This document shows positions 1 through 9,447 of a stretch of DNA of 64,000 bases, in pieces; positions within the stretch are counted from its first letter, which is position 1, and each line of letters opens with the position of its first letter. The notes below the pieces were generated by a model that saw nothing but the letters and a program-made list of their open reading frames with translations, did not search any database and had not been told where the DNA came from. Origin of the DNA: Antedon mediterranea (taxonomy: Eukaryota > Animalia > Echinodermata); NCBI RefSeq assembly GCF_964355755.1, contig NC_092678.1, positions 14,162,371 through 14,226,370 of the forward strand, in the 5' to 3' direction. Position numbers and translations under genes: made by a program.

Positions 1-10
1 GAGTCTTGAT

Positions 11-553
11 TTGAGAATTCTACTTGCATCGTGTCCAGATGGCACGCATTGTTGCATCGACTGTTCTCGTCTTGTAGGTGTGGTACGATTCTCTTGTGAA
101 AGTCAATGCGACTGTGCAATAGCAAAGCTGGGTATACCCTACGATCATCAATCGTTTGGAAACAAAACACATCCGAGCATAGCATTGGTGGCAAAACGCA
201 CAGCTCCGTTTTGTTCATCGGTCGTGATCGATGATGACGTGGCGGTGTTTATGGACGTCAAACACATAGACTGGTTCACCGTTCAACTGTTGTGCATGTC
301 TTTCGACATGGAAGCTGTCGTCGATCTGAAAGAGAAAACGTTAACCGTTCAAAACGTTATAATAGAGGAAGATGATAAAACAGATTTGGCACATTTGAAA
401 ACAGAAAGATACACCTTAGCGATGCGCTACATTAAGAGCAAGGAGAAGAAGAAGAATAAGAAGAAGAGAAATACTAAAAAGAAGAACCGATTGTGGTATG
501 AAACGTTTCGTTGTCGGATACGTGGTGACAGAAGTGACAGCGGTGGTCGTTGA
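11..553 (+). CDS. Hypothetical viral protein, Cys-rich N-part and basic C-tail; probably starts left of the window
   Basis: 180-aa open frame without an ATG at its start, viral-like composition, overlaps the protease start. Confidence 0.5.
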   Translation: MRILLASCPDGTHCCIDCSRLVGVVRFSCESQCDCAIAKLGIPYDHQSFGNKTHPSIALVAKRTAPFCSSVVIDDDVAVFMDVKHIDWFTVQLLCMSFDMEAVVDLKEKTLTVQNVIIEEDDKTDLAHLKTERYTLAMRYIKSKEKKKNKKKRNTKKKNRLWYETFRCRIRGDRSDSGGR

Positions 554-1730
554 CAAAGAATATGATGTAACGCCTGACGTGATAGATCGATGGAAACTCA
601 TCGGATTGCCGGTTCGATGGAAACACGTGAAAGCACGTAAGAACGGTGTTGGAATACATTCATCGGGAGGCATCGGTACGGTTCTAGATTGGTGGCGAGA
701 CAATACACATCCAGACGCACACGAAGAAGGAACAGGTGCAGTGGCCGTTCTTATAGAGATCACGAATGAACCGTTTTTACGCAGTCCATTCTCACAGCAT
801 CTAAACTGTCTGTCACTCAGCTACAGACGCGCCGATCACACTAAATGCGTTGAAGTTTCTCTCGTGGAGATTGGTCAACGAAAAGGTACAGTGGCCGTGT
901 TCTGTAGTGACGAGCGCAGCGCCAGACGTACAGCAGAAAAAAGATTTGGATATAAACGTCGTCGCAAAGTAAAAGAGGAAAAAGAAGGTGCAATGTCTGT
1001 GAAGAAGGAAGAAAATTTGCTGGCGGAATTGGAAGTAGTGAAAGATATGGCGAACACGTTACCACCGGAAAAACTCGATGCTCTACTCTCGCTGTTGAAA
1101 GACAAGGAAGAGAGCAACGTAAAAGACAAACAAAAAATCAAGGAAGAGGTGGATCTCTTGCGTGAACAATTCGGTGACTTTATACTCCGTTTGAGAGAAA
1201 CGATGGAGGGAAGACTCGGACCTGAATACAATAAGCAAATGAAAGACTTTAAAGCGGTGACGGATCGATGGGACACGGATCCTGGTATTGACGTTGCCGC
1301 CTCGTTTAAGGCCGCCAATGATCTCATCGATGATGCCACCTTGAACATGGCAAACAAGACCGAATTGGGTGATTTGCTCAAGCGCCGTTTTCCAAAAATG
1401 GAAGATCAAGTGAACGTTACAAACGCTACATCATTGAGCGAAATACTAGACATTCACAAGCGATTGTTGACAAAAAACAACGAGAATACGATTAACGTCT
1501 GCAACGATTACTTCAAAACAGTCGAACAACGAATCAAAAATAATACAATGAACGATCATGGTAATAGAAAACGTAAACACAAAACGAATGAACCGCCAGA
1601 GAAAAAACTTAAAGCCACCGCCGCCGCCGCCGCAGCAGGAGCCACCACCACAGACGATGAATTTGAAAAACGTATAAACAGTCTCGAGAAACTTACAGAA
1701 ATGTTGGGCAAACAACTGCTAAACTGCTAA
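498..1730 (+). CDS. Capsid maturation (assemblin/prohead-type) serine protease fused to helical scaffold domain
   Basis: Motifs in the correct order: LPVRWKH (His), IGTV, CLSLSY (Ser nucleophile; cf. herpes LSLSS), EVSLVEIGQRKGTVAV (cf. herpes HVALC..GRRxGT.A); C-terminal charged coiled-coil with NLS-like RKRKHK/KKLK. Confidence 0.85.
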   Translation: MKRFVVGYVVTEVTAVVVDKEYDVTPDVIDRWKLIGLPVRWKHVKARKNGVGIHSSGGIGTVLDWWRDNTHPDAHEEGTGAVAVLIEITNEPFLRSPFSQHLNCLSLSYRRADHTKCVEVSLVEIGQRKGTVAVFCSDERSARRTAEKRFGYKRRRKVKEEKEGAMSVKKEENLLAELEVVKDMANTLPPEKLDALLSLLKDKEESNVKDKQKIKEEVDLLREQFGDFILRLRETMEGRLGPEYNKQMKDFKAVTDRWDTDPGIDVAASFKAANDLIDDATLNMANKTELGDLLKRRFPKMEDQVNVTNATSLSEILDIHKRLLTKNNENTINVCNDYFKTVEQRIKNNTMNDHGNRKRKHKTNEPPEKKLKATAAAAAAGATTTDDEFEKRINSLEKLTEMLGKQLLNC

Positions 1731-1973
1731 AAAAAAAATAAAATTCAATAATAAATAAACAACTTGTTTGTTTTTTTCTTTGTGGTTTTTTATTCTCACA
1801 ATACATTGCAATTACACGAGTAACTTGCGTCCATGTCTTCTACACCGAGTGTAACATTGTCCAACAGTCTACGTCGGCCAATAAACGATGGTGGGTTCAC
1901 GACTTCATCACCGGTACGCAGACAACGTCTAAGTCTGTCTCGTTTGATTTTGTTCTCGTCAATACACAAATCA
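1729..1973. repeat. ~245-bp exact direct repeat, copy 1 (bidirectional poly(A) region plus 3' end of a minus-strand gene)
   Basis: Identical to 5409-5653 (offset 3680). Confidence 0.95.
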
Positions 1974-2299
1974 GCTTCTATCACTGTCAAAACAATGGAA
2001 ACTCCGTCATCGTACAACCGTTGGTTTTCACAGAAATTGTACACACGTGCGCCAAAGTTATGCCTACCGTCTCGAAGCTCTAACGCGATGGCAATTCGTC
2101 GAATCTCTTTAGGCGAGCACGTTCGAAACCAAAGTTTGAATTCATACGTATCCTGTTGGCTTTGATGAAATGATGCAGTGCTAGTGATCGTTCTCGACGT
2201 ACCGCTGAAATCGGAAGCTATCAAATGCGCCTTTGTTGGAACGTGTGGCGATTTCAAACTGAGCGCAAACATAATTCCATAATTCACATAAAAAGGCAT
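1796..2299 (-). CDS. Hypothetical protein, chimeric: last ~59 aa identical to ORF 5476-6621
   Basis: 167-aa ATG ORF ending DLCIDENKIKRDRLRRC...SCNCNVL. Confidence 0.5.
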   Translation of the reverse strand: MPFYVNYGIMFALSLKSPHVPTKAHLIASDFSGTSRTITSTASFHQSQQDTYEFKLWFRTCSPKEIRRIAIALELRDGRHNFGARVYNFCENQRLYDDGVSIVLTVIEADLCIDENKIKRDRLRRCLRTGDEVVNPPSFIGRRRLLDNVTLGVEDMDASYSCNCNVL

Positions 2300-2360
2300 A
2301 CTAATAATGATTGACGTTCAGATTGCACTCTGACGACTTGTGGTTAAATTACTAAATAAA

Positions 2361-3164
2361 ATGAACAGATCAGACAAGAAAAAATTGCGTCAAAATCGTC
2401 TCTATTTTATTCGTAACATAAACAACATTAGAGAAGTAATGGAGAAATTGGTACAGAAAGGCGTGTATTCGACCAAGAAGATGGATGCAATTTTATCTAA
2501 AACGAACGCTCGTGAACGATTGTTGATCGACATCGAAACACGAGGTAGTTTTGCGTACAATGCATTTATCGATTCTATCCATGATGGCGGATTGAACGAG
2601 TACAAGATGACTTCAAACCCGCGCGGTTTCACAGTAATCATCAACAATTATGATGATGATGATGATGATGATTGTGCAGCGCTTGAAAATGTCTTCAATT
2701 ATCTCGGCTTCCAACTGTCTGTTAATCACAATCTGACGTCCATAGAAACGAAGACGTTGCTCACACGTCTAAGTGAATACGATCACTCTAGACTAGATTG
2801 CATTGCCGTGTGCATTCTCACTCACGGTACTGTCAATGTCACTGAAATCGTCGACTGTTTCGAAAAATGTGAAACGTTGAACGGAAAACCTAAACTCTTT
2901 TTCATACAAGCTTGTCAAGTAGACGAAACAATTGTCGTGCAGCCTCAATCGTTGCCGAGAGGCCGTGACGTATCCATTACGTATTCGACCCTGGACCGTC
3001 AGTATAAGTTTATTCAGTCACTCTGTAAAGTGTTTCATTCGTATTCAACAAAACACGATTTAATGTCCATGTTGACTCTTGCCAACGGAACAATTAAAAG
3101 CAATCAGGTGGCCGCAACCCAGCACGGTCTTTGTAAGAAACTCTTTCTACGTCCCGTGCACTAA
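2361..3164 (+). CDS. Intronless CARD-caspase (initiator caspase-like), shortened; possibly a decoy
   Basis: CARD-like N-terminus (LRQNR...LIDIETRGSFAYNAFIDS), YKMTSNPRG..IINN, ILTHG, LNGKPKLFFIQACQ, FIQSLC; ATG at 2361. Confidence 0.9.
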   Translation: MNRSDKKKLRQNRLYFIRNINNIREVMEKLVQKGVYSTKKMDAILSKTNARERLLIDIETRGSFAYNAFIDSIHDGGLNEYKMTSNPRGFTVIINNYDDDDDDDCAALENVFNYLGFQLSVNHNLTSIETKTLLTRLSEYDHSRLDCIAVCILTHGTVNVTEIVDCFEKCETLNGKPKLFFIQACQVDETIVVQPQSLPRGRDVSITYSTLDRQYKFIQSLCKVFHSYSTKHDLMSMLTLANGTIKSNQVAATQHGLCKKLFLRPVH

Positions 3165-3166
3165 AC

Positions 3167-5407
3167 ATGCATGCCTACTTTACACGAGTGAAATACTGCC
3201 AGAAAAAATTGACAATTCGTTGTACAGACCCGATCGGACGACGTTTGTCGCTGCAGACAAGCAATGTTGAATTCGTCGAATACGTTGAAGATGACGTGTG
3301 CGGTGACTGTGTAATGAGCAGAGGTGACAAATACGTAGCATCGAATCGAAAATACAGAAAAGTTGTATCAAACAACAGAAAGAGAATGATAAACGCTTTC
3401 GGCAATCTTCCATCTGTCGACGACGATCTGGACGCTCAGTGTGCAGTCGGTGTACACGGATGTGCATGGCATCGATACTCGTTGAATGAGCATGGATTCG
3501 TTTCGAACGTACACTATGATGAGCAAGTGCACTTTGAATGCGAAAAAATACATCCTGTAAAACTGTCCGTTCTCTACTTGATCATTAGATTGAACGTATA
3601 CGGACGAATCATTGCGGCACTGTCTTACGACGGTACGAGTGTTGTACAAGCAGCAACAACAGACGACAATGAACGAAGCATACTGCTTGGAATCATAAAA
3701 TCTTTCGATTCAGTTGACGTGCTCGTCTATCACGGAGAATGGGTGAGAGCGAGCATACGAGCACGATGTAAGACATTGAACGTGCCGATCGATAGCATGC
3801 CCATTTGTCTAGACACCACGAACGATGGGCGCACGTTATGTTGTGATCCAAACTCCCTGTACGAGTACGTTGGTAGACGATCCTGTTTTGAGTTGATGGC
3901 CAGCGTATCGGACGGGGCCATGCAAGACGACGCGTCTCTTTTGCCAGAATATTGCAAACAGGTAGAATCGAAAAATTTGATTGATACACTGATGAACGTG
4001 TCTAGACTCGTCGGAGTGTTCCCGAACGCATCGAGAACGCAGGTGCTCTCATCCCTGCTTTGCCGCGAGGCTATACGTCGACAAACTGTTTTTCCAAACA
4101 CTCGTCGTAGAAAATCGACGCGAGACGTTAAAGGTGGTCTTGTACTGGAAACTGTACCCGATATTCACGAACACGTAGAAGTGTACGATTTCAAATCCTA
4201 CTATCCACGCTTTATAGTAGACAAGAATGTAGACTGTTCAACAATGTGTGAGGACGGTTCTTTTGTCGATCGGAACGTACGCGAAGGTCTTTTGCCGTCT
4301 GTCATGAAGAGACTGGTGTTGGGGCGAGATGCTCATCCGCAGCACGCGACTGCCTACAAACGAGCCGCCAACGAATGCATAGGGTGTCTAGTAATTACCG
4401 GCAGTGTTCAACTGTACAACTACGTGACCTCGAAATGCAGACAGCAACTTTGTCGTCTAAAGAAATTCGCCGAAGATAACGGAGCTCGCGTTCTGTACGG
4501 AGACACGGATTCATTGTTTGTGAAACTAGCTGATGATTGTGGCAGCAGCAGAAAACGTTTGGAAGAAAAATTTGCGCAGGTTATAGGCGGCGGCGGCGGC
4601 GGCAGAGATAGCTGGCAGAAATTTGTACACAGAGAGACACTCTGTCGATTGTTATTGACCAACAAGAAGAAAAGGTACGCGTGTTTGCACGCCGACGGGA
4701 ACATCAGCACCACTGGCATGTTCACCTTAAAATGTGACGTTGAACCATTACTTACAGAACTGGATAAAAACTTTGTTGAAACAGCTCTGAAGGAACGCGA
4801 TTGCAACGCGGCCATAGATACGTGCATCGACATCATGCAAACACTTGTCTGTAAACTGAAAGACTCGCAGCAAGTAGACGAGTTAATGATGCGTAGAGTG
4901 TCCAAGAAAGAGACTAGCTCTGCCGCGTACAAGCAAATGTGCATCGCCTTTGGACTGTATCGACAAGTGCCCTACTACATCCGACATAACGGAGTGGCGT
5001 ATCATCCGTTGGCTGCTGCCTGTTGCAATTCGACAGTGGACGCAACCGATCTACTAAGAGGTCTAAGAAAACGTTGTCGCATTGATACAGATTCCGTGCT
5101 GGGCGTTCTCGTTTCTTCTTCTTACAACAACAATATCATAAGTATACAAGAACGAATGGATAAGATGTACGCTATGATTGCAAACGTTCCATTGCATCTC
5201 TCTCGCGCGAAAACATATGAGCAGCAGCAGCAGACAACAAATGTGGACTGTTGCGCTAAAGTTGTATGCACAACGAGCCAAGAAGAACGTCAGGTTAGAA
5301 AGAACGAGCACGTTTTTAGCAGCGTGCAAGAAGAAGATAAAAGAATACTGTTTATTGTACGCTGTCACGATGCCCTTTGTAAACGGGCACATGCTTTCTG
5401 CGCTTGA
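3167..5407 (+). CDS. Family B DNA polymerase, short (746 aa), exonuclease motifs degenerate
   Basis: KGGLVLE, motif A YDFKSYYP, motif B YKRAANECIG, motif C YGDTDSLFV, KKRYA. Confidence 0.92.
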   Translation: MHAYFTRVKYCQKKLTIRCTDPIGRRLSLQTSNVEFVEYVEDDVCGDCVMSRGDKYVASNRKYRKVVSNNRKRMINAFGNLPSVDDDLDAQCAVGVHGCAWHRYSLNEHGFVSNVHYDEQVHFECEKIHPVKLSVLYLIIRLNVYGRIIAALSYDGTSVVQAATTDDNERSILLGIIKSFDSVDVLVYHGEWVRASIRARCKTLNVPIDSMPICLDTTNDGRTLCCDPNSLYEYVGRRSCFELMASVSDGAMQDDASLLPEYCKQVESKNLIDTLMNVSRLVGVFPNASRTQVLSSLLCREAIRRQTVFPNTRRRKSTRDVKGGLVLETVPDIHEHVEVYDFKSYYPRFIVDKNVDCSTMCEDGSFVDRNVREGLLPSVMKRLVLGRDAHPQHATAYKRAANECIGCLVITGSVQLYNYVTSKCRQQLCRLKKFAEDNGARVLYGDTDSLFVKLADDCGSSRKRLEEKFAQVIGGGGGGRDSWQKFVHRETLCRLLLTNKKKRYACLHADGNISTTGMFTLKCDVEPLLTELDKNFVETALKERDCNAAIDTCIDIMQTLVCKLKDSQQVDELMMRRVSKKETSSAAYKQMCIAFGLYRQVPYYIRHNGVAYHPLAAACCNSTVDATDLLRGLRKRCRIDTDSVLGVLVSSSYNNNIISIQERMDKMYAMIANVPLHLSRAKTYEQQQQTTNVDCCAKVVCTTSQEERQVRKNEHVFSSVQEEDKRILFIVRCHDALCKRAHAFCA

Positions 5408-5408
5408 A

Positions 5409-5653
5409 AAAAAAAAAATAAAATTCAATAATAAATAAACAACTTGTTTGTTTTTTTCTTTGTGGTTTTTTATTCTCACAATACATTGCAATTACACGAG
5501 TAACTTGCGTCCATGTCTTCTACACCGAGTGTAACATTGTCCAACAGTCTACGTCGGCCAATAAACGATGGTGGGTTCACGACTTCATCACCGGTACGCA
5601 GACAACGTCTAAGTCTGTCTCGTTTGATTTTGTTCTCGTCAATACACAAATCA
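5409..5653. repeat. ~245-bp exact direct repeat, copy 2
   Basis: Identical to 1729-1973. Confidence 0.95.
5411..5475. terminator. Bidirectional polyadenylation region between convergent genes (duplicated at 1731-1795)
   Basis: AATAAA on + strand and TTTATT (AATAAA on - strand) with a GT-rich tract between two stop codons. Confidence 0.6.
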
Positions 5654-6621
5654 TCATTATCATCACATTCGTTGTGCCGGCCCAAAAATAGAGAAAACAC
5701 ACTCTCGGTGCTTGCTCTGTCCGGTCCGTGTAACACGGTTGATTCGGTTACGCACGGAGGCAACTTGATTCCAATGGCACCTAATCGTTTCCATACACTC
5801 GGTTGAAATATGTCGGCGCTTGACGTGAACGCCGTACTGCGATCATTCACTTCTGTGAGTAATCGTAACGGACATACAAACTGCGAGAATACTGTATCGA
5901 TGTACTTACGATACTGATACCAATTTCGTAACAGATTGCGCCTATTCAACGACACGTCTGAAATGAACGCTCGAACGTCAGTGTCGGCCAATTCGAAATC
6001 TAATACAGTCCGGTTACCGTCATCCTCCTCCTCCTCCTCCTCCTCCTCCTCCTCATTCTCTTGACCAAGAAAAACCAAGTCTCGAGATCGATTGGCAAGA
6101 TCTACAAACATGTCGTTCATCGTTTGCAACGAGAAAACGGCTGTAAGAAAGTCAGCGTTTAACCATCGAATCGGTTCGTTGACTCGAGCTTTAAGAAATT
6201 TCGGCCGATTACCCGTTTGTATGTCACCTCCTACGTACAATTGATCAAGACACGTCTCCAGAATGCGCGCACAATCAGACGCTTGCGAGCCCTGATTGTA
6301 TGATAAACACAAGTGTCGGAATATTCTCATGAGAAGCTCAAAGTAAGGATTGTCCGAACCGTAACGTTTACCATCAAAGTACCATTGAAACGTTGCAACA
6401 GTGTCTATAGTGTACGATCCAACGAACATTCGCCAATCGTGCATCGAGTCTAGCGTACGAAATAGATCCATAAATTGTGTAAAATCGTCTAATCTAGCCA
6501 TCCATAAACGTTCAGTTTTTTTGTCATCATCGTCTACAGTCAAAAGTTTCGACCAAGAAACGTGCACGGCAGGTGATGGAAGTCCGAGTCTCAACACACA
6601 CACTGTCTTTAACAATTCCAT
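5476..6621 (-). CDS. Hypothetical viral protein (~381 aa) with acidic run
   Basis: Long ORF, first ATG at 6621 (MELLKTVCV); no recognisable motif. Confidence 0.7.
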   Translation of the reverse strand: MELLKTVCVLRLGLPSPAVHVSWSKLLTVDDDDKKTERLWMARLDDFTQFMDLFRTLDSMHDWRMFVGSYTIDTVATFQWYFDGKRYGSDNPYFELLMRIFRHLCLSYNQGSQASDCARILETCLDQLYVGGDIQTGNRPKFLKARVNEPIRWLNADFLTAVFSLQTMNDMFVDLANRSRDLVFLGQENEEEEEEEEEEDDGNRTVLDFELADTDVRAFISDVSLNRRNLLRNWYQYRKYIDTVFSQFVCPLRLLTEVNDRSTAFTSSADIFQPSVWKRLGAIGIKLPPCVTESTVLHGPDRASTESVFSLFLGRHNECDDNDDLCIDENKIKRDRLRRCLRTGDEVVNPPSFIGRRRLLDNVTLGVEDMDASYSCNCNVL

Positions 6622-6673
6622 AATACACACAACAACAAACAAACAAAAAAACACTGTATTACATAAACATTTA

Positions 6674-6856
6674 TTATTTATTTCTTATACACATTTTCGT
6701 AAATGTTGAAAGTAAATGTTTTTCGTGTTTGTATTCTGCTAAAATCTCTTCTACTCTACAAACTAATTGTTTGTTTACGTCAGTTTTTTGGTGAAGTTGT
6801 TCCAATACACGATACAGGTCATGCACTGGCATCTGAATACATGCTTCCAAGTTCAT
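6674..6856 (-). CDS. Small helical hypothetical protein (60 aa)
   Basis: ATG preceded by an A-run, amphipathic pattern, AATAAA at the 3' end. Confidence 0.4.
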   Translation of the reverse strand: MNLEACIQMPVHDLYRVLEQLHQKTDVNKQLVCRVEEILAEYKHEKHLLSTFTKMCIRNK

Positions 6857-7008
6857 TTTTTTTCCTATTTTTTTTTTTCTACTTCATCATAAATATCATC
6901 ATATGATTTTTTTTTTTGATTTTTTTTTTGCATTCTTCTCTTGTAGAGTAGCGATGATCCGAGTTGTATAATGAATACGTCGTTCATGACACATTTTCCA
7001 CCACCACC

Positions 7009-7040
<32 letters not shown>

Positions 7041-7049
7041 CGGCTTGAG

Positions 7050-7829
7050 TCATTTCAATTGATAGCGTTTTCGTTTGCTGCCAGATCGTTTACGGCACAT
7101 GTAATGGAATGCTACATTGATTTGCAACAGTTTCTGATCAGTCAACGGTTTACCGTACTGCAGTTCATGTTCCATAGACAGTCGACAGTCAACTGAATCG
7201 AAATCGTTGATGTGTCTTAGAATTGTATCGAGAAATATGCGGCCGGTACGTTTGAGTGAATCGACCGTTTGAAATTGCGTGTTGCAACGGAGTGACGGTG
7301 AAAACAGTTGAAACTTTCGATCGCGTCCGTCTCCTCCGTCCTTGCGATCGTTTGAGATTGTAAACTTGATGGATGGGAAACGATCGTTACTGTCCACCGA
7401 CTGAGATTCGTTCAACTTGAGGCGTTCCACAACAACCGATGGATTGTCTCGAATTCCATAAATTCTTCCCGCGTGATTCAGGTTATTTGTAGACGTGTGC
7501 ATCGGAACGCTCTTGAACTTTCCCCATAACAGTGTCTGATGAAATTGATAATTCAATGACGTTTTTGTTCGTACGTTGAAATTTCCTCTCGTCGTAATGT
7601 TTGTCGAGCCGGTGGATGCAAACGACAAGGCGGTGGATCCTCGACATAACGGCGATTGAAATTCTACCATGTCGTCTTGTAATTTGGTTCCTCGCATGTG
7701 TATGGAATGTGTCTTTTCACGTTTGTCGTACGCGTATCGATGAGCAATGTTCTGCGACGACACCACGTTCACTAGGAAGAAATTGATGGCAGCTGTTTTA
7801 CACGTAGATTCGACTTGGACGTGCACCAT
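7050..7829 (-). CDS. Hypothetical viral protein (259 aa) with basic C-terminal NLS-like tail
   Basis: ATG ORF ending RKRSGSKRKRYQLK. Confidence 0.65.
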   Translation of the reverse strand: MVHVQVESTCKTAAINFFLVNVVSSQNIAHRYAYDKREKTHSIHMRGTKLQDDMVEFQSPLCRGSTALSFASTGSTNITTRGNFNVRTKTSLNYQFHQTLLWGKFKSVPMHTSTNNLNHAGRIYGIRDNPSVVVERLKLNESQSVDSNDRFPSIKFTISNDRKDGGDGRDRKFQLFSPSLRCNTQFQTVDSLKRTGRIFLDTILRHINDFDSVDCRLSMEHELQYGKPLTDQKLLQINVAFHYMCRKRSGSKRKRYQLK

Positions 7830-7984
7830 GAGTTTTCTCGTATAGGCGTGTGTATCGATTTTATTTCGTTTCCTAACATCTCTTTGAAAACCCTATCGGT
7901 GACCGTTTGCTGCTTCACTCCAAGAGGAAGAATGATTGACGAATCCTTTTCAATCTCGACAACTAAATGACCGTCTGTCGTTTG

Positions 7985-9421
7985 TCAATGCGTTGGAAAC
8001 AATGACACCAAGAATCGACGTTCTCTGTCGTTGTAAACTCTAAACTCTACCGACGACGACGATGACGAAGGTTTTCGATACAGATTCAATGCTGATCGAA
8101 CAAACACGACCGCTAACGTGCCGTCTGCGTTGTCAATCAACAGGTTCATATGATCAACTGTTATGTTTGCGCCACTTTCTTGAAACACCACATCTCCAAC
8201 TAGCGTTTGAAAGTCTCTGTAAAACAAATGAACGACATTCTGCGCCACCATCTTCACCGATAACATGTCCATAGATTCGATGTTGGTGCGCTGTGATTGA
8301 ACGTCGTTCTTCAACACTAGAAACGACTTTCTGTTCTCCGGTATTGGATTTAAATTGTCAACAAGCCGATCGATAAAACGTTCACCGAGAACACTTCGAT
8401 ATCGATCCAGTATAGGCAGTTCATCGGACGGCTGGCATTCCAGAGCCTTACATATGTTCATGTCAGAGTTTACGTACGTGTACCAGTAAGCCGTTTCGAA
8501 TTTTGTCATACCACCTCTTATCTTCACAAATTGTCTGCAGAGGCCGACAAGAGTGTGTAATATCTTCGACTTTTGCCCAGTGTCTCCAAGTCTTTTCATG
8601 TCTGTGTATTGCACCTCATCAAATTGTTGGCATTCGTTGTACATTGTGGCCGTCACCATGGTCATTGCGGCAGAAAACACGTCCGATTCACTATTCAGCA
8701 GTTTCACCACTCTGTCTGTCATCACGTGACTGATATCTCGATACCCTATGGACACTAGTCTTTCTACGCTGCGCACTCCTCCGAATCCAGTGTCAACGTC
8801 CATTGTGTAGATCGGCATGTCCGATGGTATGTACGCGGAGGCTATCGATTCTCCGTGAACGCATCCAACACCTCCAAATAAGCCGACCTTTTTGCTCGAT
8901 TCAAATTCGATCATTTTTCGACGATGTACTTCGGCCGAACCGAAATCAATAAACTTGAATCGACCCTGCCGTCTGTTGTACGTCACATTCCTGATGGTTA
9001 TGTCGTTATGTGCGACTCCTATCTTGTCCAGAAAAGCAAGCCCCTCGCCAACATGTCGATAAAGTGTAAGCACGCACGGCAACATTTGCATTGTCATCCG
9101 TATTGTAAACAAGTCAAAACCTTCGTTTGTCATGCGCAGACATTGAGTCACTCCTGAATCGACGACTGCCTGACATATTTGCGGCGTGTACCGTTTCAAT
9201 CTGTCAAAGTAGTTTGCGTAAGCTAAAATGAAAGTTTCCTTGTTGAATGTTAAACGTACTCGTGCATCGCTGCTATTCTGATTGCCACAATGTAATTTTT
9301 CAACTAAACCAGACTCTATCGAATGGACAACGCCAAAAGAACCTCGGCTGTTCACAGTCACCAACGGATCGATTGTATTATCCAATTTGCCAAACGATAA
9401 AATCTTCTTTTGACCATGCAT
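7985..9421 (-). CDS. Divergent Ser/Thr protein kinase 1
   Basis: RGSFGVV glycine loop, VEK, HNDITIRNV, IDFG, SDVFSAA; ATG at 9421. Confidence 0.9.
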   Translation of the reverse strand: MHGQKKILSFGKLDNTIDPLVTVNSRGSFGVVHSIESGLVEKLHCGNQNSSDARVRLTFNKETFILAYANYFDRLKRYTPQICQAVVDSGVTQCLRMTNEGFDLFTIRMTMQMLPCVLTLYRHVGEGLAFLDKIGVAHNDITIRNVTYNRRQGRFKFIDFGSAEVHRRKMIEFESSKKVGLFGGVGCVHGESIASAYIPSDMPIYTMDVDTGFGGVRSVERLVSIGYRDISHVMTDRVVKLLNSESDVFSAAMTMVTATMYNECQQFDEVQYTDMKRLGDTGQKSKILHTLVGLCRQFVKIRGGMTKFETAYWYTYVNSDMNICKALECQPSDELPILDRYRSVLGERFIDRLVDNLNPIPENRKSFLVLKNDVQSQRTNIESMDMLSVKMVAQNVVHLFYRDFQTLVGDVVFQESGANITVDHMNLLIDNADGTLAVVFVRSALNLYRKPSSSSSSVEFRVYNDRERRFLVSLFPTH

Positions 9422-9447
9422 TGCCGTCGTGTGCGTCAATCGAATGA

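Noticed and set aside
3167-5407. Polinton/Maverick protein-primed polymerase
   Set aside because: Motifs are of the nucleic-acid-primed (alpha/delta-like) type; no integrase, adenain protease or jelly-roll capsid seen; the protease present is assemblin-like
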